A stretch of 64,000 nucleotides of DNA from positions 10,850,001 to 10,914,000 of the forward strand of contig OZ059900.1 in the NCBI GenBank assembly GCA_964057225.1. The letters run 5' to 3'. This document shows positions 1 through 8,900 of this stretch, one piece after another. A program made the translations under genes and the position numbers. The notes below the pieces were generated by a model, which saw only the letters and a list, made by a program, of their open reading frames with translations, was not told the origin of the DNA and made no database searches. Position 1 is the first letter of the stretch; each line of letters opens with the position of its first letter. The DNA comes from Auanema rhodensis. Lineage: Eukaryota; Animalia; Nematoda.

Positions 1-5
1 CTGCA

Positions 6-539
6 ATGGTGGAGCGAGCAAATAGAACTTTAAAAACACGCATGATGAAATATCTCTATTACAAGAATAATCATCGTTGGATTGATATCCTAGATGATTT
101 GGTTGAAGGAATAAACAAATCTTATAACCGCTCTATAAAAATGCGGCCCATTGATGTTAAAGCAAATATATTCATTGAAGAATATGCACCAGCTGTTAAA
201 AGCCGCTTTAAAATTGGTGATACTGTTCGCATAAGCAAAAATAGGCGTACTTTTGAAAAAAGCTACGAGTCTGGATATACAATGGAGCTGTTCACAATTG
301 ATGAGGTTGTAACCGGAAACCCAACCGTGTATAAACTTGTAGATTATAATGGTGAACGTATAAAGGGAATATTCTACGAACCTGAACTTGTCTTAGCTAC
401 TAATAAAAGCAACAAGTACTATATAGAAAAAGTTTTAAAAGAGCGTACTCGAAGCGGTAAACGTCAAGTATTTGTAAAATGGAGTGGATATCCCGACAAC
501 TTTAATGAATGGATAGATGCAGAAAATTTAAATGTATAA
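6..539 (+). CDS. Maverick/Polinton retroviral-like integrase, C-terminal part with chromodomain (5'-partial)
   Basis: ERANRTLK (catalytic E helix), WIDILDDLV..IN.S.NRSIKMRP, FKIGDTVRISK..FEKSY...YT.ELF.I, YKL.DYNGE.I.G.FYEPEL (Polinton integrase signature), and chromodomain YYIEKVL...VFVKWSGYPDNFNEWI. Confidence 0.9.
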   Translation: MVERANRTLKTRMMKYLYYKNNHRWIDILDDLVEGINKSYNRSIKMRPIDVKANIFIEEYAPAVKSRFKIGDTVRISKNRRTFEKSYESGYTMELFTIDEVVTGNPTVYKLVDYNGERIKGIFYEPELVLATNKSNKYYIEKVLKERTRSGKRQVFVKWSGYPDNFNEWIDAENLNV

Positions 540-837
540 TTTTTCAATGTTATAAACAATTGTAATTATAATAAATGATTTATTTGATATATCGCATAAT
601 GTAACAATAAAAAACCAGCAAAATACAAACAACAATTCAACCTGGAAAAAAAAAAATGTAGACTATTCAAATTTTCAAATTCTTACCAGTTGGTTGATCA
701 TTTGTCCTCAATTGATGAGCCATTGATGGATATTCGCAAGAGCTGGAAAAAAAAAAAATGTTACGGCTGAGAATATAAAAATGCCACATAACAAAACAAG
801 AATAAAACGCCAATTGTACTATTTGTGCTTGTTGTAG

Positions 838-1422
838 TCAAAATGAAGGATCAAAGCGGATAAACATGTTCAGGTTGAGTGCTTCAGGACTTAGTTTAAA
901 GTAGAATACATTCTGCTTATAACCAAAAGTCTTTACAGTAGCCTCATCTGCATATATAACAATATAGCCCATATTGTTCAACAATTGCTTGCACGTCATG
1001 GTATTATAAGAGCGCATCTAAAAAATGATAAAATTGAAAATAAATAAATATGCAAGCTTACATTAATAGAGAACTTTTCGGGCTTATAGTGACGAAATTC
1101 CTTCAAAAGACCCAACGCATCATTCCTTCCTCTACACTTTATACAGAGGCTGAAACAGTGATACTCGTCTATAACCTGCAATGATTCCCTACAAGTTTTG
1201 CAGAGACAAATTGGTCTCATTAATACACTCCTTGGTGGAGTGCTCTCTCTCAGAATCTCCATCTGCTTTATTGGTGAATCTAAATTAAAGATTTAAAAAA
1301 TACAAGTTAAGGTTCATACCAAAACTTGTAAAATTTGGAGCTGGTGTGGGTGGTCGTGGTACTTCAGGTTCAGGCGATTTGCGCACAACATTTGTCACAT
1401 CAGCAAGTACAGCACGCTTCAT
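838..1422 (-). CDS. Predicted 3-exon, 166-aa Maverick-borne protein with N-terminal D-box, CDK-type sites and Cys/His cluster
   Basis: Exons 1422-1320, 1279-1062 and 1017-838 join in frame through introns GTATGA..TTTAG (1319-1280, 40 bp) and GTAAGC..TTTTAG (1061-1018, 44 bp). Protein MKRAVLADVTN...DSPIK...STPPR...CLCKTC...HC..CIKC...FDPSF*. TTTTAG acceptor 21 nt upstream of the ATG. Confidence 0.6.
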
Positions 1423-2240
1423 TTCCGCTAAAGATCCAACTTTCTAAAATATAAGGCAAACTTGCAGAGAGGAGCAGTCTATGGCGATTGGGAAAGAGTG
1501 GCAGAAGATGGTGAAACGTCGGATCCTCGGATAGTTGGCAGAGCTGAAATGTAAATGTAGCAAAATTGCCAACCTTTTATACAAAGATTTTTGTAAAGTA
1601 CAACCCATTGTGTTACAATCAAGTTTGCTGATGAAATTCTTTTATTAATTAGATTTTACAGCATATTTATGCAGATATACTCATCTCATCGACAGTTGCC
1701 AGCAGTTGGCGCACTCTGAACCTGTAAACAATCTGCATATTAATTAGTTTTTACATCTCTTTAAACATTATTGTTTACCGTTTGTGCCATAAACAACAGC
1801 CATCTCTGTAAAACATTTACGCTTTTTAAACTTTGCTTAATAGCTCATATATTAATCATAGTATACTTTTAAACCCATATTGTACCACAAAACATATGAC
1901 AGCCAACGTTTTATATGTGAAAAATATTTCATTCTTTAATATTTAATAATGATTATATTACGAAACTAAAACTTTTGAAATGTTAAAATGATTATACTAT
2001 ATTTAAACCCCCACAGTGCAGTTATTACTGTTTATTAACCCTCGATGTGCGTTGAGGTCAGCGCAACTGTTTGTTAATCTTATTGTATTTACCTTCAATG
2101 TGTGCTCTATTTAGTTATTGTATTGTTATATTAGTAAAATAAAGTTTAAAACTAATCTTTTATTATAATTTGAAACCTTTACTTGTTAGAATAAATATAA
2201 TTAATAACAATTCGCAATTTCAAAAATTAATAATTTAATG

Positions 2241-2390
2241 TCGTTCTTATCGAATTAACCTTCGATATGTGTTCCATTAAATTTTGGTATTTCATATCGT
2301 TCTTATCGAATTAACTTTCGATATGTGTTCCATTAAATTTTGGTATTTCATATCGTTCTTATCGAATTAACCTTCGATATGTGTTCCATT
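2241..2390. repeat. 56-bp tandem repeat, ~2.7 copies (Maverick subterminal region)
   Basis: tcgttcttatcgaattaac(c/t)ttcgatatgtgttccattaaattttggtatttcata starting at 2241, 2297 and 2353. Confidence 0.9.
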
Positions 2391-2760
2391 GAAATACCCA
2401 TAACAAGTACGGTGAACAAAACGATATACATGCAAAAATTTTATTGATCTTTAAAAATACAAATAAAATATTACAAACACAATACAATAAAAAATAAACA
2501 AAATAAGTAAACAAACATCATTAATAAATTTAATAAATAAATAAAATTTAAAAAACAAATTTACATATTTAAATATTTAAATATTTAAAATTTATAATTT
2601 TTATTTTTACTTAATATATTTAAAAATAATTAAAACTATATACATACATTTGAATAAACAAATTTAAAATTTGATTTAAAAAAAAAAAAAAAAAAAAAAA
2701 ATCATGCTTTAAATCATGATTTTTAAATTTAAAATAGGAGAATCCATGAACCATGATCCC

Positions 2761-2870
2761 AAAATATGATTTTAACAGCTGACGCTCAAAAATATGTTTT
2801 TGACAGCTGACGCGCCCCAAAAGTATGTTTTTAGCAGCTGACGCCCCCAAAAGTATGTTTTTGACAGCTG
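2761..2870. repeat. ~28-30-bp tandem subterminal repeat x4 containing CAGCTG (probable Maverick TIR)
   Basis: aaaa(g)tatg(a/t)tttt..cagctgacgc repeated four times just inside the CTCTCTACT terminus. Confidence 0.8.
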
Positions 2871-2910
2871 TTTGGGGGCGTGGTTAGTAAATTTTGCACG
2901 GCTCTCTACT

Positions 2911-5900
2911 AGCAATACACCAACCACACAAAAATCACCTACGCCCGCACTTTCTTCAACCACACCCGCAGTAAGCTCATCCCCACCTCTACAAAACTCA
3001 CCTTCATCCATTGATCATTCTACATCTGGGCATTCTCTATCTCCGTCTCTTCCATCGCAAACTAATCAAGCAAATACTTTTGTTGCAGAAAACAAGAGAA
3101 TTAACCCAAGAATGGACCCAATGGACGAAGGCGCACCACTTACGCAAACCTCGGGAAGGGCACCTGTTCCAACACCTACAATCATCCCTCAACCAGCAGC
3201 GATTCCGTCCGCCATACGCGATATAAAAGCTCCACGCTACGATGGAAAAACACCATTCAACCGCTATCTACTATACCTAGATGAACACTTCAACGCTACA
3301 AGAACAACTATGCCCGAACGTCTTCAAAGCATACAATTATTGCTAGAAGATGATCGAGCAAGAGAAGCGTACAGAAAACTCACAACCGAAGATAAGCGAC
3401 TCGGATGGGACCATGTCAAGAAGCGACTCTCAGAAATGATCACACCGAAAAAACAGAGAGAACGAGCAATGCACCGCCTACATGGCTTGAAACAGTTACC
3501 AACGGAATCGGTACAAAGCTTTGCAACAAGATGTTCTAACGAAGCCTACTCGGCTATGGACATGAACAACGAAAGTGAGCTTAACATGCTCCGATCCACC
3601 TTCACTTGGGGACTAAGACCCGAAATAAGCGAACATGTTAGCCGTCTAGACCCACCAAACTTTGAGGAAGCTTACGAAATGGCCTTACGAGAAGAACTCT
3701 TTATACAAAATAGACCAACATCGTTTGTCAACAATATAGAGAAGTCGTTCAACAACCTCAACATTCGAGACTCGAAGGACAACAATCAATACCAGAGAAA
3801 CAAATCTAAGGATTTCAAAGGAACCAAACCGATGTATAATGGCAATGGCAAACCACACAACCGATATCCGGACAGATACAACAACCAATATCGGCCTCAT
3901 CAACACCAATACAGGAACCATAACTCACGATTCTCTCAAAATAAGGGATCAAGACAAAACTACTTCGACAGATCACGGAACAGAAGCCAAGAAAGACCAT
4001 ACTATCGAAACCGCGACCAAAACTATAGCGGACACAACAACCGGCGACAATCAAATAATCACGAACAATACCCCTCTCAATACAATCGAAGCCAATACAA
4101 CAATTATAGAAGTCGCCCGCGCAGCACCTCCAATGGACCGGAACGGTATAGAGAACGCACACAGAGCCCAGGAGTACGTTTTCAAGTCAACAACGTCACG
4201 GAAAACGAAGTACCGAACAACAAAAGAAAATCAACACCATTCCTACCCCTCTTTATCACAATTATCGCACTCATTATAAACACATGCAGTGCAGAAACAA
4301 CGTACCAGTTATGCACAGGAAACAGAGGAGGAATATATGTCGAGCCGCCATCGCCAACAGCTTGCCGATCCATCGCACCAACTAATAACCATATCCAGAA
4401 GACTACAGCAGAATTGTTCATCCAAAACCTACAACCAAAAGAGTGGGAAGCATGGAAATGTGCAATTGAAACTTACCAACTCTGCATTCACGACGTTTTC
4501 TTCATCAGAGAAACTAATGTCTCACTAGCAAAAGTTTCACCAACAACACTGCAAGAATGTTCGTCAGCTATTAAAGAAAGAATATTCAACGGTACCAACC
4601 TTCAAAGAGAAGCACCAGGACTCTATGGAACTCCATTCCCACATACAACTATTACTAATGGTATATGGAAACAGGAATGCGAACAACGTACCAGATTCAT
4701 AGCTGAACGAGGACACATGACCAGCCTACAAGACAATACAGTACTCTCAGATATATTCATAAACGACAACGGATGCACCAGTGACAAAGGACAATGCCTA
4801 ACCAACAACGCTCTCATCATATGGACCCCACCATCAGAAAAACATAGTTGCTCGTACACTTCATTAGGCTCTCACGAAGTTTTTATATCAGAAGACACCA
4901 TATTGATTCCCGGAATTCAAAGTGCTTTTATTCTAAACAATAAAACACCGGAAAAAGAAGCCTCCTCATGCTTACAAAAAGATATATTTACTACAAATAG
5001 TGGAACTCTAATCTCCTTCAACTCAACCTCAAGCTTAGGACGATCAAGAAGACACGCAATCACGGAATACCCTAAAGGATTCTTGACAGTTCATCAATAC
5101 CCCTCGCTAAGATATTCAGCCAGCAAAACCGGAACTATTCTACTATATACAACCTATATTCAACGGAAAAGACTTGACATCCATTACAATCTCAATAACA
5201 TAACAAATATGTTACCTAAGTATATCGCAATCTTCAAATACCTAGGTATAAATTTTGATGTTATTAAAAATCGTCTTATATGGCACAAATATGAAGACGT
5301 CAACATAGCCATTCTACACGCCCTAGGAGAAGCAGAAATAAGAGAAGCAACAAAAATCGCGATCGATAATCTATCGTATAAGGAACTTACGCAAAAACTT
5401 AGCAAACGGATCACAATTAAGGATTTTAAGAAAATACTACCAACCAAAACAGGAGACTACTATGAAATCGCGAAAGAAATTGCTTACTCACTTGCGGAAA
5501 TACCTACTACATTAGCTACAGGAGAAACAACACCATCTTTAGAAGAATACTTATATCAACTTATGCCACCAAGAAAACCAAAACTCACCAAGACACGAAA
5601 CGATTTAGAACTGTACGAACAACTAGCACAAGCAAAAATTATCCTGAACGCAATAAATAATCCGAAGAAGCTACATTCAAAAGAAGAATACGAAGCAGAA
5701 ATGAAGAAATGGATCAAATATGAAAAAGAACTGAACTTACCACCATTACAACTGCCAAACTACACAGTTATCTTCGATGGCGACGATATATTCTACGGCT
5801 TCCGGAAAAGAAATCCTACAAATTATAGCATTACACAAGAGGATAGTGAAAAATTTTATAATCATTATCTACCCCTTATCAGTACTCCCGGAACACGACC

Positions 5901-8900
5901 TTTTGCAACCACAATTAGAAGCACTTCGACCCCCCTACAAACTACTACTACAACCACTACCACGACCCCTAAGCCTACAACCATAAGGAACGTCATCACT
6001 TCGACAATCACACCCAAAACACATATATCCGAAACAACTAGACCCAAACCAACAATACCCACGTCTTCATCAACTACTACTACTACTACCACTACTACTA
6101 CTACTACTTCTACTACTGCTAGACCCAGATCAACAACAACCACAACACCTACAACAACCACAACTATATTCACCACTCATCGACCAACACAATCATTCTC
6201 CACCCCCCAATCTACATTCAATATTACTACAAACCCAATCACAATCACCTCAAGCCAGGAATACAATAGGAAAGAATCACTCACCAAGTCACCGCCTCCA
6301 AGAACTACAAAAAGATCTATCACTACCACTCGCAGCACACCTGAAGAAATATCATCACATATTGGTAAGAAAGCTCACGTAGACTACCTTAAAGCTAAGA
6401 ACGATATCGTCCAAAAATGGAATGAACATCTTCATCAACAAGAAACGCAATCTCATCTACAATATGCCACTACCAATCTGGAAGATGATATCATACGTAC
6501 GTTCACAACAAACAGAAACAACATCTGCCACGTACAAAATAAACAACTACTTACCTGGTGGGCTATTCTTCAAATAAATCCTACTATAGGGATGCGTACA
6601 ATGCTACGACGACAGGATATATCTGCAAGATTCATAAATGATAAACTAATTTATGTAATGCCATGCACACCAATTCAAATTACAAAAACATACCGTGATC
6701 ACAAAGTCAACAGCACGTGTTTTCTGGAAACCCCAGTCGAAACGGAACATCACGGCCAACTGTTCATCTTACCAGGTACAAGAGACCTCACACCGATGGC
6801 ACATGCCATACCATGCGGATTCACAATCAAGGATCCCTGGAAAGAAAACGATCAATGGACTAATAATAACCAATCAATAAATGTAACATCACCAGCATAC
6901 ATCGACGAGTTAGGATCAATCAACCTAGAACATATCAAGTTTAATGGAAGCAACATTTTCAACAATCTAACAGAATCAACGTTTCCTATGGCACTAGCAA
7001 TATCATATGGATCCAGCTTAGCAACGCTACAGGCTACTTTACCAGGAAGAATAAAACCTGTAATCAAACAAAGATTAATTCCTAACATGAACCCTGTTAC
7101 CCTAACAGCAGGAGCAGCCAGCAGCTTACTACTCAGCTACGAACATACAAAAGAAGCTATAACTTGGAAAATGTTTGACTTTCTGTCACCAATATGGGGA
7201 AAGATTCAAACCTGGACACTACGCGTACTTGCTATCATTGGATCAATCATCATAACAATTGGCATAATCACACTCGCCACCTGGATAATAAAAATATACG
7301 CATGTAGCTCAAGGATACCCATCAACAATGTCAAATGGGAAGCAGAATACTTACAACCACTATCAACTGAGAACACAAGAACAGAAACATCTCATCCTTC
7401 TCCGTCCGCTCCATACGTCGACAACCATCACAACAGCTGTCAACTCACATTGTATGATCCTTCAGCACCAATTCCTGAACACATTTATGAAGCTTATTTC
7501 CCTACAAGCATGAAGAAAGAAAACATAAACTACGTAGGAGGATCACAATTACCGTTTGTCCCGATTTCAATCCACAATCACATCTTTAAGGCACTATGGG
7601 ACACGGGAGCATCAGCATCATACATGCGAGAATCCACCTTCAAACAACTGCCCGCGGCAACGATGGTACTAAAACAAACAACAGCGATAGTCGCGAATAA
7701 ATCTAAATTCTCATTTATGGGATACACAAGGATCCTCATAACAATAGGAACAACAGAAACAGAACACAAATTTTATGTAGCAGAAGATAACTACTGTCCA
7801 GCACCAGTGTTACTTGGAATAGACTTCATGGAAGCATTACATCAACAAGGAATTTACACCTCACTTCGACCGCTGGATAAAACAATTGTTATCGGCACAA
7901 CACATGTTCCACTAGCACGAGAAACATCTCCGTGGGAACACCAGACCACGAAAGCTTATGTGGTTAGCTTAGAAAACAAAACGCTAAGACCAGGAGAAAC
8001 AAGAACGCTCACGCTAGAAGTACACGATCCAGAAAGCTATGAACAGGCGTTTCTAGATTGTAAGAAACCAGGCAACAAACTCTCTTTCACGCCTACTATA
8101 TTTACGCCAACTGGATACGGAGTACAAATTTACGCGACGAATATATGCAAACAGCCACTCGAAATTCAAATGAATCAAGAAATAGGGATAGCAGAAGCGA
8201 TACCAAAGGACAACCAAGAAAAATACGAAGGCCAATACATACCTCCGGAAGCTCGATGGGAAGAGCAACTGCCATATTTCCCAGACAATTTCATCAATGA
8301 GCTTGACCTTTCAGAAGCCTGCTTCTCACAAATCGAACAACAGCAACTGAAAGAAATAATTTTACTACATAAACAAGCGTTTCTCAATGAAGATAGAAAT
8401 ATCGGACTCTTCCTAGGACCAATTGAACACTCCATTCCAATCATGCCAGGAAAAACACCATCATTCAAAATTACTTATCGTATACCACTCTCCCAACAAG
8501 AAGAAGTGGAGAAACAAATAGAAGAAATGCTACAACAAAGAATCATTGAACCATCAAACTCAATGACAACTAGTCCAGTAATTTTGGTGAAGAAGAAAGA
8601 CAAAACTTACAGATTTGTAACGGACTTTCGAGCTCTGAATGCAATAACTCAGAAACAAGTATATGTCATATCAAACATACAGGACATCCTAGATTTGGCC
8701 GCTGGAGCAAGGATCTTCAGCAACTTTGATTTAGTATCTGGATTTTTCCAAATACCTCTTAAGAAAGAAGATCGTCATCTTACAGCTTTCACAACAACAA
8801 GTGGAACTTATCAATATTGTCGAATGCCGATGGGATTATGTGGATCACCCCATACTTTTCAAAACGCAGTACGATACCTGCAATCAATGGTTAAATGCAA

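Larger units (their letters stand above)
1..2910 (+). mobile_element. Maverick/Polinton DNA transposon, right-hand end (continues left of window)
   Basis: Polinton-type integrase+chromodomain ORF at 6-539; tandem subterminal repeats at 2241-2390 and 2761-2870; sequence ends in CTCTCTACT (reverse complement AGTAGAGAG, Polinton-like AG-rich terminus) exactly where the retroelement-like A/C-rich coding sequence begins at 2911. Confidence 0.75.

Noticed and set aside
2872-2910. ORF-track start of the 2950-aa protein
   Set aside because: It is a TTG inside the Maverick terminus; the first 13 codons are not retroelement sequence.
7930-8200. dUTPase between protease and RT
   Set aside because: Only a vague beta-rich resemblance; the conserved dUTPase catalytic motifs are not recognisable.
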